Shown: piece after piece, positions 9,512 through 19,918 of the stretch
How positions within the stretch are numbered: the stretch's first letter is position 1
Layout of the letters: every line of letters starts with the position of its first letter
Source: Thermodesulfovibrionales bacterium
GTDB taxonomy: Bacteria; Nitrospirota; Thermodesulfovibrionia; Thermodesulfovibrionales; UBA6898
Direction: 5' to 3'
NCBI GenBank assembly: GCA_044450345.1
Contig: JBIOIY010000003.1
Span: 96,001 to 160,000 of the forward strand
DNA length: 64,000 nucleotides
The notes under the pieces: model-generated
Told to the model about the DNA's origin: nothing
Seen by the model: the letters and a program-made list of their open reading frames with translations, nothing else
Database searches by the model: none
Translations under genes and position numbers: made by a program

Positions 9512-10024
9512 ATGATGAAAAATATTATTTTGACCGGGTTTATGGGCACAGGGAAGACAGCGGTGGGGCGGGAGCTTTCGAGGCTTCTGAACATGCGACT
9601 TGTAGATGTCGACGCGGAGATCGAAGACAGCAGGAAGATGAAGATAACCGATATCTTCAAGAACTTCGGTGAACCTTTTTTCCGCGACCTCGAGACGGAG
9701 ATGATAAGGAAACTTGCACATGCTAAGAACGCGGTTATTTCGACAGGGGGAGGCGCAGTCTTGAGGCAGGAGAACATGGAGGCGCTGCGGACAACGGGTG
9801 TAGTTTTTTGTCTCTATGCGGACCCGGAGACGATCATCGCCCGCGTTGGGAGCAGTAATGACAGGCCTCTTCTGGCTGTGGAAGACCCGCTGGCGAAGAT
9901 CAAGGAGCTTTTACGGGCCAGGATGCCTTTTTACGAAAAGGCAGGCATCATGATAGATACGAACGGCAGGACGCCGTTGGAAGTCGCAGAAGAGATAGCG
10001 GGTATAATCGGATGCAAAAGATAA
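9512..10024 (+). CDS. aroK: Shikimate kinase
   Basis: GFMGTGKT Walker A, GEPFFRDLE, STGGG and RPLL. Confidence 0.96.
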   Translation: MMKNIILTGFMGTGKTAVGRELSRLLNMRLVDVDAEIEDSRKMKITDIFKNFGEPFFRDLETEMIRKLAHAKNAVISTGGGAVLRQENMEALRTTGVVFCLYADPETIIARVGSSNDRPLLAVEDPLAKIKELLRARMPFYEKAGIMIDTNGRTPLEVAEEIAGIIGCKR

Positions 10025-11097
10025 GGGTTGAGCTGGGTGAGAGGAGCTATGAGATTTCGATAGACTCCGGGATTCTGGCAGACCTCGGAAAGAGTCTGGA
10101 GAAATTCGGTTTCAGCAGGCAAACGGCGCTCGTGACCAACCCTACGGTATATGGTCTCTACGGTGACCGCGTAACTGGATCGATGAAGGATGCGGGATTC
10201 GAAGTTTCCGTCACGGTGGTCCCCGACGGCGAAGAATATAAGAACCTGTCCTCCGTGGAAGGGATCTATAGCGAGATGCTCGCCGCAAAGCTCGACAGAA
10301 AATCGGCCATCATAGCATTGGGGGGCGGAGTCATAGGGGACATCGCCGGTTTCGCCGCGTCAACTTACATGCGGGGGATCGATTTTATTCAGGTCCCTAC
10401 TACGCTTCTTTCCCAGGTCGACAGCTCAGTAGGAGGCAAGACCGGGGTCAACCACCCGATGGGAAAGAACATGATCGGGACATTCTGGCAGCCTAAACTC
10501 GTCTGGATCGACATCGATACCCTGAAGTCTCTGCCCCCGAGGGAATTTCTCTCGGGACTTGCAGAGGTCATTAAATACGGCGTGATCCGGGATGAAGGGT
10601 TCTTCCGTTTTCTCGAAGAAAACAGAGACAAGGTCATGGGCCTCGATCGCAATACCCTCGCCTACATTGTCCGGACGTCATGCGAGATCAAGGCGAGCGT
10701 GGTATCACAGGACGAAAGGGAGTCGGGACTGCGCGCGATATTGAACTACGGCCACACCATGGGGCATGCGATCGAGACCGCCACCGGCTACAAGAGGTAT
10801 CTCCACGGCGAGGCGGTTGCGATCGGGATGTATGCCGAGGCAAGGCTTTCGAGATATCTCGACCTGCTCGACGGCGGACAGCTGGCGCGGATAAAGGCCT
10901 TGATAGAGGCATACGACCTCCCCGCTTCATTGCCTGAAGAGATAGATTTCCGGCTGCTCCTTTCGTCGATGAAGCTCGACAAAAAGACGGTCTCAGGAGA
11001 TATTGCGTTCATATTACCCGAAAAAATCGGAAAGGTCAGGATACAGAGAGGGCTTTCTGTGAAGGAGATGGAGAAGGCATTCGGCATTAGAGATTAA
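10012..11097 (+). CDS. aroB: 3-dehydroquinate synthase
   Basis: GGGVIGD, PTTLLSQVDSSVGGKTGVN, LNYGHTMGHAIE and HGEAV. Confidence 0.97.
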   Translation: MQKIRVELGERSYEISIDSGILADLGKSLEKFGFSRQTALVTNPTVYGLYGDRVTGSMKDAGFEVSVTVVPDGEEYKNLSSVEGIYSEMLAAKLDRKSAIIALGGGVIGDIAGFAASTYMRGIDFIQVPTTLLSQVDSSVGGKTGVNHPMGKNMIGTFWQPKLVWIDIDTLKSLPPREFLSGLAEVIKYGVIRDEGFFRFLEENRDKVMGLDRNTLAYIVRTSCEIKASVVSQDERESGLRAILNYGHTMGHAIETATGYKRYLHGEAVAIGMYAEARLSRYLDLLDGGQLARIKALIEAYDLPASLPEEIDFRLLLSSMKLDKKTVSGDIAFILPEKIGKVRIQRGLSVKEMEKAFGIRD

Positions 11098-11118
11098 GAG
11101 CACATATAGCGGCAATAA

Positions 11119-13272
11119 TTGGACAGGGCGGAGATGGGACACGAGCTGATTCATAACACGAATAAAAAGCTATCCGGGGGAAGATACTATCCCCTCGGCG
11201 CCGTCCCTTCCGAGGAAGGCGTCAATTTCGCTCTTTACTCAAAGCATGCGTCCGAGGTCTTTCTTCTCCTTTTCGACAGCCCTGAAGGGGAGCCCACAGA
11301 TGTGATCAGACTTGAAAACCGGACCAAATATATATGGCACGTCTTTGTCAACGGGGCGAGGACCGGACAGTTATACGGATACAAAGTGGGAGGTGATTTT
11401 ATCCCTGGACAGGGTCTGAGGTTCAATGAAAACAAGCTCCTCCTCGATCCTTATGCGAAGGCCGTTACGACCAAGTTCAGGAATATGGACAATCTGCTCC
11501 TCTCCTACGATCCGAATTTCCCCGGTCTGGGCCTTTCGCTGGATACCCGGGACAACACGCACATCGTACCTAAATCGATTGTGATGGACGACGCGTTTGA
11601 CTGGCAGGGCGACGCCTGTCCGGACATTCCGCTTGAAAGGCTCATCATTTATGAGGTCCACCTGAAAGGCTTTACCGCCCACAGTTCTTCAGGTGTGATG
11701 CACCCCGGGACCTATCTCGGTTTCATCGAAAAGATACCCTATCTGAAGGAATTAGGGGTTAATGCGGTAGAGCTTCTGCCATTACAGGAGTTCTATGTCG
11801 AGGATAGTCTTATCGAAAAAGGGCTGACGAATTACTGGGGTTATAATACGATAGGCTTTTTTGCCCCCGAATCTTCCTATTGTACGCAGAGCTATTACGG
11901 GTGTCAGGTCCAGGAGTTCAAGACCCTTGTGCGCGAACTTCACAGGGCGGGCATCGAGGTGATACTTGACGTTGTTTACAACCATACCGGCGAGGGGAAT
12001 GAACTGGGGCCTACGATATGCTTCAGAGGTGTGGACAATCCTACTTACTATCTGCTCACAGGCCCGCCTTCGGAACCCTGCCGTTCTTATGTTAACTATA
12101 CCGGAACCGGAAACAGCATCAATATCGCCAATACCCATGTGATACGGTTCGTCATGGACTCGTTGAGATATTGGGTGGAACGCATGCATGTCGACGGGTT
12201 CAGGTTCGATCTCGCCTCGGTGCTCGGCCGTGAGGAAGGGATATTCCATAAATCCTCCGGCTTTTTCGACGCCATATCCCAGGACCCGGTTTTAAACAGG
12301 GTGAAGCTGATCGCCGAGCCCTGGGACCTCGGCACATATCAAGTAGGGAACTTTCCGATCGACTGGTCCGAGTGGAACGGCAGGTTCAGGGACACGATGA
12401 GGAAGTTCGGAAAAGGGGACGGCAGCCAGATTCGAGATCTCGGATGGAGGTTGACAGGATCTGCCGACCTGTATCGCGAGGACGGACGGTCAGCTTACAA
12501 CAGCATCAATTTCATTACGTGCCATGACGATTTCACTCTGAACGATCTCGTCTCTTATAATTACAAACACAATGAGGCGAACCTCGAAGACAATAGGGAC
12601 GGTGCCGACGACAACAATTCCTGGAACTGCGGAGTCGAGGGCGAGACGGACGATACGGATATCATAAGGCTGAGACGGCGGCTGATCAAAAACTTTGCCT
12701 GCTATCTCCTCTTTTCCTCCGGCACCCCTATTGTCCTGGGCGGCGACGAGTTCTTGAGGACGCAAAAGGGCAATAACAACGCATATTGCCAGGACAATGA
12801 AGTGAGCTGGTTCAACTGGCATTTTGTAGACGAAAACTCCGATATTCTCACGTTCTTCAAGAAGGCGATCGCATTTACCAAGAGATATACGATCCTCCAG
12901 AGAAGAAAATTTTTTTCGGGAAGGGACGAGGACGGCGACACGATACCCGACATCATGTGGTTCGGCAAGGACCTCGGCAAGCCTCAATGGGACGACCCCG
13001 ACCTACGCACACTTTGTTATCAGCTGGACGGAGGAGAAGAACGGACCGAAATCGGCGATTATCAACTCTTTGTCATACTGAATTCCGATTTTAGGGTTCA
13101 AAGGGTGGGCGTCCCCCAACTCCCCGGAGGTAAGAGATGGTATAGGGTAGTAGATACAAGCCTCATGAGCGGAGACGATTTTCTTCGTGAAGGAGACGAG
13201 GTGCTGCTGGACCCTCCCGACCATTATCTCGCCAATCCGAGGAGCACGGTCGTTTTGCTGGGGAAGGGCTGA
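11119..13272 (+). CDS. glgX: Glycogen debranching enzyme / isoamylase (GH13)
   Basis: NYWGY, DVVYNHTGEG, DGFRFDLA, KLIAEPWD and GNNNAYCQDNE; the start may be ATG 11134. Confidence 0.93.
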   Translation: MDRAEMGHELIHNTNKKLSGGRYYPLGAVPSEEGVNFALYSKHASEVFLLLFDSPEGEPTDVIRLENRTKYIWHVFVNGARTGQLYGYKVGGDFIPGQGLRFNENKLLLDPYAKAVTTKFRNMDNLLLSYDPNFPGLGLSLDTRDNTHIVPKSIVMDDAFDWQGDACPDIPLERLIIYEVHLKGFTAHSSSGVMHPGTYLGFIEKIPYLKELGVNAVELLPLQEFYVEDSLIEKGLTNYWGYNTIGFFAPESSYCTQSYYGCQVQEFKTLVRELHRAGIEVILDVVYNHTGEGNELGPTICFRGVDNPTYYLLTGPPSEPCRSYVNYTGTGNSINIANTHVIRFVMDSLRYWVERMHVDGFRFDLASVLGREEGIFHKSSGFFDAISQDPVLNRVKLIAEPWDLGTYQVGNFPIDWSEWNGRFRDTMRKFGKGDGSQIRDLGWRLTGSADLYREDGRSAYNSINFITCHDDFTLNDLVSYNYKHNEANLEDNRDGADDNNSWNCGVEGETDDTDIIRLRRRLIKNFACYLLFSSGTPIVLGGDEFLRTQKGNNNAYCQDNEVSWFNWHFVDENSDILTFFKKAIAFTKRYTILQRRKFFSGRDEDGDTIPDIMWFGKDLGKPQWDDPDLRTLCYQLDGGEERTEIGDYQLFVILNSDFRVQRVGVPQLPGGKRWYRVVDTSLMSGDDFLREGDEVLLDPPDHYLANPRSTVVLLGKG

Positions 13273-13361
13273 ACGGGTCGAGTCTGGCCGGCTGAGGTTG
13301 CCAGGTGTTTTATTTGACATAGTCCCTTAAATCTTTTAATCTAACAGGCGGTAAGGAAGAC

Positions 13362-13979
13362 ATGAAATTTTTTTCCAAAGAAATAAATTTTTTTGAGATC
13401 TTCGATAAGACCTCTCTGAACATCACGAAGGCCGCTTCCCATCTCGTCGATCTCATGGAAAACTTCGACAACCTCGAAGCAAGGGCGAAGGAGATCCACG
13501 AGATCGAGCAGGACAGCGACATGCTAACCCATGACATAATGAAAAAGCTCAATAAGACCTTTATTACCCCGATCGACAGAGAAGACCTTTACGGCCTTGC
13601 GTCGAGAATGGACGATGTCATAGATCTGATATGGGCCGTCGCCGACAGGATCGTCGTATTCAAGGTAAAGGAACCGATGCCGGAGGCAATTGTCATGTCG
13701 AAGGATATTCTGACGACTGCCGAGGTCATGCACAAGGCGGTCAAGAAACTCAAGGAAAAGAACTATGCCCACGTACAGGAATACTGCATCGAGATAAACA
13801 GGCTTGAAAACAAGGTAGACAGGGGTTTCAGGGATGCACTCGGGAAGTTGTTCGATGATGTCAAGGACCCCATCCTCATCATAAAATGGAAAGAGATATA
13901 CGAGCATCTCGAAGATGCATCGGACAGATGTGAGGACGTTGCAAACGTCCTGGAAGCCATAGTCCTCAAATATGCATGA
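13362..13979 (+). CDS. DUF47 / PhoU-like Pit accessory protein
   Basis: 'LNKTFITPIDREDL' and 'IKWKEIYEHLEDASDRCEDVANVLE' signatures; TTGACA-17-TAATCT promoter upstream. Confidence 0.9.
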   Translation: MKFFSKEINFFEIFDKTSLNITKAASHLVDLMENFDNLEARAKEIHEIEQDSDMLTHDIMKKLNKTFITPIDREDLYGLASRMDDVIDLIWAVADRIVVFKVKEPMPEAIVMSKDILTTAEVMHKAVKKLKEKNYAHVQEYCIEINRLENKVDRGFRDALGKLFDDVKDPILIIKWKEIYEHLEDASDRCEDVANVLEAIVLKYA

Positions 13980-14092
13980 CACCTTGCTACTACCGCTTTT
14001 TTAAGGCTGCCGCCGTACGTTGTGACCGCAGTTTTATCTGTTTCCCAAAGCCTTCGCGTAAATTGATTTAGAGAATAGCCGGATAGTATTTC

Positions 14093-15085
14093 TTAACGGA
14101 CCAGGGAATCGGCTGCGAAATAGGAAATGGCGGCTATGCCTGCTGAACAGGGGATGGTAAGGATCCAGGCCCAAACGATGGTGCCTGCTACACCCCAGCG
14201 TACCGCACTGAGTCTTTGAAGTGATCCGATACCCATGATCGAGCCGGTAATGGTATGGGTCGTGCTTATCGGGACCCCCAGAAGGGAGGAAATAAAGAGC
14301 ATAATGGCCGCGCCCGATTCGGCACAAAAACCATCGACGGGTTTAAGTTTCGCCACTTTTTGACCCATGGTTTTGACAATGCGCCAGCCTCCGAACATGG
14401 TACCCAGGGCAATGGAAGCATGGCAGGCAATGACGACCCAAAAAGGAATATGAAATTTATTTCCGAGAAGTCCCGCACTAAAAAGCAGGCTCGCTATAAT
14501 ACCCATGGTTTTTTGCGCATCATTCCCGCCGTGACCGAGGCTATATAATGCCGCAGAGACCAGTTGGCCTTTTTTGAAGATATGATCCACTATTGCGCGC
14601 TGGCTATTCCTGAAGAGCCCGTAAACAACCAACCCGAGCCCAAGGCCCAAAAGAAGGCCGACGGTAGGAGAAATAACAATGAATGCTACCGTTTTTATAA
14701 TCCCCGGCATTACAAGCGCTTTAGGGCCCGTTTTCACGAGGGCAGAGCCGATCATCCCGCCTATCAGGGCATGAGAAGAACTTGTGGGCAGGCCAAAATA
14801 CCACGTGATCAGGTTCCAACCGCACGCACCGACCAGAGTGCCGAAGATGATTGTCTTATCCACGATTGCGATATCGATAATTCCTTTTCCGATTGTATTC
14901 GCAACATGAAGTCCGAAGAAGAGGAAGGCAATAAAATTAAAGAAGGCCGCCCAAGCCACGGCAATCCTCGGCGTGAGCACGCGAGTGGAAACCACGGTTG
15001 CAATTGAATTCGCCGAATCATGAAACCCGTTTAAGAAATCAAAGGTTAGAGCCAAAAAAACGAGGCCAAGGACTGCAACTGTCAT
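14093..15085 (-). CDS. pit: Inorganic phosphate transporter, PiT family
   Basis: NGFHDSANSIAT, GLPTSSSHA, HGGNDAQKTMG and PISTTH signatures. Confidence 0.93.
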   Translation of the reverse strand: MTVAVLGLVFLALTFDFLNGFHDSANSIATVVSTRVLTPRIAVAWAAFFNFIAFLFFGLHVANTIGKGIIDIAIVDKTIIFGTLVGACGWNLITWYFGLPTSSSHALIGGMIGSALVKTGPKALVMPGIIKTVAFIVISPTVGLLLGLGLGLVVYGLFRNSQRAIVDHIFKKGQLVSAALYSLGHGGNDAQKTMGIIASLLFSAGLLGNKFHIPFWVVIACHASIALGTMFGGWRIVKTMGQKVAKLKPVDGFCAESGAAIMLFISSLLGVPISTTHTITGSIMGIGSLQRLSAVRWGVAGTIVWAWILTIPCSAGIAAISYFAADSLVR

Positions 15086-15336
15086 GATCTAGACTTGATC
15101 GGCATGGACGGATTCGTCGGTATAGGGAGTGACTTCTAAGTTAGTCGGTATGGATAAGGGAAAAATATTTTTTGACATACAAAAGGATACCATGTGAAAA
15201 AGAAATTATCAATACAACTGTATCGCTTCCACTGAGAAAACTCGGCTCCGAACATTGTCCTTTAAATAAAGGCAAAAAGGGGGAAGGCCCCATCTCTTCT
15301 GGAAACTTTCTGGCGAATCGTGGTATAACTTAAACT

Positions 15337-16038
15337 ATGGCCGAACGGCGAAAAGTCCTTGTGGTTGACGACGAGGCGGACCTCCTGGATCTGATCTCAT
15401 ACAATTTAAGTAAGGAAGGGTATGAGGTATCAACCGCTTCGGATGGCGGGGAGGCGCTTTCCGAGATCCGGAAGAGGCGTTTCGATCTCGTGATACTTGA
15501 TCTCATGCTTCCCGGCATCCAGGGGATGGAACTCTGCCGTATTCTCAGGAGCGATCCGAAGACGGAGACGATCCCCATCATCATGCTCACTGCAAAAGGC
15601 GAAGAAGTAGACAGGGTTTTGGGACTTGAGATGGGGGCCGACGATTACATCACAAAACCCTTCAGCCCGCGCGAGCTTATTGCACGAATCAAGGCTGTCC
15701 TGCGGAGGACCGGTGAAAAATCCAAAGGAGGCAAGGTACTCCGGATAGGCAACCTCGTGATCGATACGGAAAACTACACCGTTACCAAGAAAGATGCCCC
15801 GCTGGATCTCAGCGCAACGGAATTCAGGCTTCTCCTTTATCTTTCTGAGAGGAAGGGGAAGGTCTTTAGCCGGGAGCAACTGCTGGATGCAGTATGGAAA
15901 AACGAGGCGTTCGTCGAACCGAGGACAGTCGATGTCCACATAAGAAGGTTGAGGGCGCAGATAGAAGATGACCCTTCGAATCCGGCTTATATAAAGACGA
16001 AGAGGGGTATCGGATATTACGTAGAAGCGGAAACGTGA
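15337..16038 (+). CDS. phoB: OmpR-family response regulator PhoB/PhoP (copy 1)
   Basis: VVDDE, LDLMLP, GADDYITKPFSP, RTVDVHIRRLR and TKRGIGY; overlaps phoR. Confidence 0.88.
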   Translation: MAERRKVLVVDDEADLLDLISYNLSKEGYEVSTASDGGEALSEIRKRRFDLVILDLMLPGIQGMELCRILRSDPKTETIPIIMLTAKGEEVDRVLGLEMGADDYITKPFSPRELIARIKAVLRRTGEKSKGGKVLRIGNLVIDTENYTVTKKDAPLDLSATEFRLLLYLSERKGKVFSREQLLDAVWKNEAFVEPRTVDVHIRRLRAQIEDDPSNPAYIKTKRGIGYYVEAET

Positions 16039-17771
16039 GAAAAGGGATTTTCAGGAAAATCTTCCTTGTGTATGCCGGTGTGCTTTTGCTGGCGATGTCT
16101 TTTGTCGAAATTTATATCACGACCACCGTCAGGGACAATTATGTCGATAACTTGAAGGGGCACCTTGCCGGCACGATAACCCTTATCGCAAAGACGGTGC
16201 TTTTCGACAAGGCCGGCATCGATGATCTCTGCAGGGCGCTGAAGAAAGATGCCGGGGCACGGGTGACCGTCATTCGCAGTGACGGGAGGGTCATCGGAGA
16301 TTCCGACCATGATTCGGCCGATATGGAAAACCACGCAAACCGTACCGAGGTGCAGCAGGCGGTCCTGCGCGGCACGGGGGCCGCAATCAGGCATAGTGAT
16401 ACGCTGAATTATGATTTCCTCTACGTCGCGAAAAAGATCGTCCATGACGGGGCAGAAGAGGGGTTTATCAGGCTTGCAGTGCCCCTGAAGGACATCGATG
16501 GGGCGGTGAACCTCATCAGGATAAAGATCATCCTTGTTATGCTCGCTGTATTATTCGTGACGTGGTTCGTTTCGGTCTGGCAGACGGACCATCTCAGAAG
16601 GCTCCTGAAACAGATCACGGATTTTTCGAGGTCTTTGTCGAAGGGGGAGATCGACAAGAGGCTCTTTCTCGACGGGGCAGGGGAATTCGGCGAGATTGCG
16701 GACAACCTCACCTCTATGTCTGCGAAGCTGCAAGATATGATGGCGCAGAGCGAGGAGGAGAGGAACCGCCTGAACGTGATCCTCAGAAGTGTGCCTGATG
16801 CCCTCCTGATAATCGACTCACGAGGGATAATAACGCTTTCGAGTTCTTCCGCCAAGGACTTTTTCGGCGATGTTCCAATGGTACACATGCGGTTCGCAGA
16901 GGTCGTAAGAAACCATGAATTCTCGGATCTTGTGGAGCATGTTCGAAAGGACCTCTCACCTGGTATGACTGCTTTCCGGATAGAGTATCCGGAAGAAAAA
17001 TATCTCAGTGTTAGGGTCTCGCCTCTTTTCTATAAAAAAGAGGATGAGCTTTCCGGTTTTGTGGCTGTTTTCCATGACATCACTCAGATCGAAAAACTTG
17101 AGCAGGTGAGAAAGGACTTTGTGGCCAATGTATCACACGAAATAAAGACCCCTGTCACCGCGATCAAGGGGTTTGCCGATACCCTCCTTGAAGGCGCCCT
17201 CGACGACAGGGAAAACGCGGCCAGATTTATCCAGACCATAAAGTCAAACAGCGAACGCCTGAACAGCCTTGTCGACGACCTCATGACGATTTCCAAAATT
17301 GAGCTGGGCGTGATCAAGGTCGAAAAGACAATGATTGATCTTGAGGAAGTTTTCGAGAATATCATGGAGATATTCAGGGCAAAAGCCGCTGTCAGGAAAC
17401 TCTCATTGAAAGTATCTCAAGGGCCGGAGCTGGAGCACATTAACGCAGACAAGAACCGGCTTATTCAAATATTGACCAACCTCATCGATAACGCGATCAA
17501 GTTTACCGAAACAGGAGGCGTGACCTTCGGCATCGATAAAGAAGGGGAGAAGACTTTTATGTTCGTTGAAGATACCGGCATAGGAGTGCCTCCCAAGCAT
17601 CTGGGGAGGCTGGGAGAGAGGTTTTACCGGGTCGACCCCGCCCGATCGAGAAAGATGGGAGGCACGGGACTCGGCCTTGCGATCGTCAAGCACCTCGTGA
17701 AAGCACACGGCTGGAGCATGCAGATCGCGAGCGTTCCAGGCAAAGGGACAACAGTCAGGATTTTTTTGTAA
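16035..17771 (+). CDS. phoR: Phosphate sensor histidine kinase PhoR (TM-sensor-HAMP-PAS-HisKA-HATPase)
   Basis: 'MENHANRTEV', 'RKDFVANVSHEIKTP', 'NLIDNAIKF' and 'ERFYRVDPARSRKMGGTGLGLAIVKH'. Confidence 0.9.
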   Translation: MRKGIFRKIFLVYAGVLLLAMSFVEIYITTTVRDNYVDNLKGHLAGTITLIAKTVLFDKAGIDDLCRALKKDAGARVTVIRSDGRVIGDSDHDSADMENHANRTEVQQAVLRGTGAAIRHSDTLNYDFLYVAKKIVHDGAEEGFIRLAVPLKDIDGAVNLIRIKIILVMLAVLFVTWFVSVWQTDHLRRLLKQITDFSRSLSKGEIDKRLFLDGAGEFGEIADNLTSMSAKLQDMMAQSEEERNRLNVILRSVPDALLIIDSRGIITLSSSSAKDFFGDVPMVHMRFAEVVRNHEFSDLVEHVRKDLSPGMTAFRIEYPEEKYLSVRVSPLFYKKEDELSGFVAVFHDITQIEKLEQVRKDFVANVSHEIKTPVTAIKGFADTLLEGALDDRENAARFIQTIKSNSERLNSLVDDLMTISKIELGVIKVEKTMIDLEEVFENIMEIFRAKAAVRKLSLKVSQGPELEHINADKNRLIQILTNLIDNAIKFTETGGVTFGIDKEGEKTFMFVEDTGIGVPPKHLGRLGERFYRVDPARSRKMGGTGLGLAIVKHLVKAHGWSMQIASVPGKGTTVRIFL

Positions 17772-17780
17772 GGACGAGTC

Positions 17781-19127
17781 TTACCTGGATACGAGAGGCA
17801 CGTAGTCTTTTCTCAGTCCCGGTAATGATGAGTAATACGAGGGCCTTATCAGCTTTCCCTGGATGATCTCCTCTATCCTATGGGCTGACCAGCCTGCCAC
17901 CCTCGACATCGCAAAAATGGGAGTGAATAGCTCTTTCGGTATGCCCATGGACCTGTATACGAAACCTGAATAGAAATCGACGTTTGCCGACGCCACTTTC
18001 CCTTTTTTCTTTTCAACTATCCCGGGCGCCAGCCTGGCGATTCTCTTTAGAAGGTCAAACTCTTTGTCCATTTTGTTCTTTTTTGCGATCGCGGCAGCCT
18101 TCTTTTCGAGGACCACCGCCCTCGGGTCTGATTTGGTGTATACGGCATGCCCTATACCGTATATTTTCCCCGATTTATTGTTGGCCTTCTTGTCGAGGAT
18201 CTTTCCAAGGTAGTTTGCTACTTCATCGTCGTCGTCCCAGTTTTTTACGTGAGCTTTTATGTTTTCCAACATGCCTTCGACCGCTTCATTGGCGCCCCCG
18301 TGCAGATGTCCGGAAAGCGACGCTATCCCGGAGCATATGGCCATGTAGCTGTTCGCACCCGAGGATGACACGGTCCTGACAGTAAAAGTGGAATTGTTGC
18401 CGCCGCCGTGTTCGGCGTGAAGGACGAGCATCATGTCGAACAAGTTTGCAGTCAGTCTGTCCGGTTTTTTCCCCTGAAGCATGTAAAGGAAATTCTCCGC
18501 ATGGCTGAAATCCTCCCTGGGCTCGATGAGTTCGGGCAGCTTCTTGCCGCGGCAGGCCAATGCCCGGTAGTTGTATGCAACGATGGTGGGAACCTTTGCT
18601 ATCAAATCTATGCACTGCCTCGAAAGATCTTTTATGTTGGTGGAGTTGGGGTCGCCGTCAAAAAGGTGCATCGCAGATACCATGGTGTGAAGAGAACCCA
18701 TCTGGTCTTCATTGGAGGGGCTGTTGAGAATCATGGCTTTGGCTTCTTCGGGCAGGTGTCTTCTCTGGGCAAGCTCGGCCGTAAAGACATCAAGGTGCTT
18801 TTTTGTCGGCAGCTCTCCGGTAAGAAGGAGGTATGCTGTTTCTTCATAGCCGAACCTACCCTCCTCCTGTTGATGTCTGACGAGGTCTTTTACGCTATAA
18901 CCGCAATAGTATAGTTCGCCATCGAGGTCCAATTTCTTCTCGCTGCCGTCCCCCTGAATCTCTTTTTTATATCCGATTACCTGCCCTTTGCTCGTTATGC
19001 CCACGAAGACCCCCGTGCCGTCTTCGTTCCGAAGTCCGAGCTTTATGTTTTTATCCCTGACAAGCTCCGGCGAAATCTTGTCGTGTTCAAGTGCCAATTT
19101 TTCGATTATACTTAGAACGTTTTTCAT
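17781..19127 (-). CDS. gltA: Citrate synthase
   Basis: HAEHGGGNNSTF, LHGGAN, GIGHAVY, DPRA, NVDFYSG and FAMSRVAGWSAH. Confidence 0.92.
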   Translation of the reverse strand: MKNVLSIIEKLALEHDKISPELVRDKNIKLGLRNEDGTGVFVGITSKGQVIGYKKEIQGDGSEKKLDLDGELYYCGYSVKDLVRHQQEEGRFGYEETAYLLLTGELPTKKHLDVFTAELAQRRHLPEEAKAMILNSPSNEDQMGSLHTMVSAMHLFDGDPNSTNIKDLSRQCIDLIAKVPTIVAYNYRALACRGKKLPELIEPREDFSHAENFLYMLQGKKPDRLTANLFDMMLVLHAEHGGGNNSTFTVRTVSSSGANSYMAICSGIASLSGHLHGGANEAVEGMLENIKAHVKNWDDDDEVANYLGKILDKKANNKSGKIYGIGHAVYTKSDPRAVVLEKKAAAIAKKNKMDKEFDLLKRIARLAPGIVEKKKGKVASANVDFYSGFVYRSMGIPKELFTPIFAMSRVAGWSAHRIEEIIQGKLIRPSYYSSLPGLRKDYVPLVSR

Positions 19128-19313
19128 ATGTCTTACCTCAATATACTGTTATTACACTTCCGCAAGATCGGAGGCTAAGTAGTTTAACACATCTTTGCAT
19201 CTTGTATTGAGGTTACTGAGCGGTAACATATTTTTTATTTCAGATATGGAACACACCTCCTTATCCGCGGGCGCGAAGGAAATAAGCGACTTTCTCGCGC
19301 AGGTCGAAGAGGC

Positions 19314-19586
19314 CTTGTCGGTAAATTTGGCGGCTTTACTCAAGAGATTCGTAAGTATTTGCCTGACCTTGATAGGATCCAGCACTACATAGTGATTACT
19401 TGGATCAGCGATGACTTCTACATCCACTGGCTTGTTTCCCAGAAGTACGCGTGTTGTCTCACCGACCTCGCGCAGGGTCTCCGAGAGATCAAAACATTCA
19501 TAGATGACCTCCATCTTGCCGGCTTCGATCTTCGAAAGGTCGAGGATATTGGTGATAATCGCCCTGAGGTTGGTTGCGCTGAACAT
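19314..19586 (-). pseudogene. Internal fragment of a sensor histidine kinase (end of HisKA to N-box)
   Basis: 'IITNILDLSKIEAGKMEV...DPIKVRQILTNLLSKAAKFT'; no H-box or G-boxes, and the N-box Asn is replaced by Lys. Confidence 0.7.
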
Positions 19587-19623
19587 CAGGAGCGTCAGGC
19601 GGGTCCTCCCGTATAAAAGGTGA

Positions 19624-19815
19624 TCAGGCTGCCTTGATGTCGGCCTTGCAAGGCCCTCCGATGTATTCATCATTATTGTCAAAGAAAAACTGGGAATTAT
19701 AGGTATTACAATTTGTCCATCCGTCGCCATTGCAATTTTCTATCCTGGCACATTCCAGATGCCTCGGGCTCATTCCGACCATATCACAAATTGTTTCTTT
19801 CATATAGGGACACAT
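19624..19815 (-). CDS. Small Cys-rich protein (C-P-x6-C-x17-C-x7-C family), 63 aa
   Basis: AAAGGAG SD before ATG 19815; MCPYMKETIC...ENCNGDGWTNCNTY; Cys spacing shared with other ORFs in the window. Confidence 0.7.
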   Translation of the reverse strand: MCPYMKETICDMVGMSPRHLECARIENCNGDGWTNCNTYNSQFFFDNNDEYIGGPCKADIKAA

Positions 19816-19874
19816 TTTGTTATCTCCTTTGATCATTTCGTTAAGGATTTGCTCGTCAAATGATTCGCAGAATA

Positions 19875-19918
19875 AGGTTAGCATACTCACGTTACATGAG
19901 TATGTCGGTTATATGAAA
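19875..19918 (-). promoter_or_regulatory. Partial Pho-box-like promoter for the Cys-rich ORF
   Basis: Minus strand TTTCAT-N5-CGACAT-N5-TGTAAC-N10-TAACCT. Confidence 0.5.

Noticed and set aside
19128..19260. Pho box upstream of gltA
   Set aside because: Only isolated hexamers; none at the 11-bp period with a correctly spaced -10.
19152..19730. 192-aa ORF as an intact gene
   Set aside because: Its 5' part overlaps the Cys-rich ORF in another frame, and only the middle resembles a kinase; treated as a pseudogene fragment.
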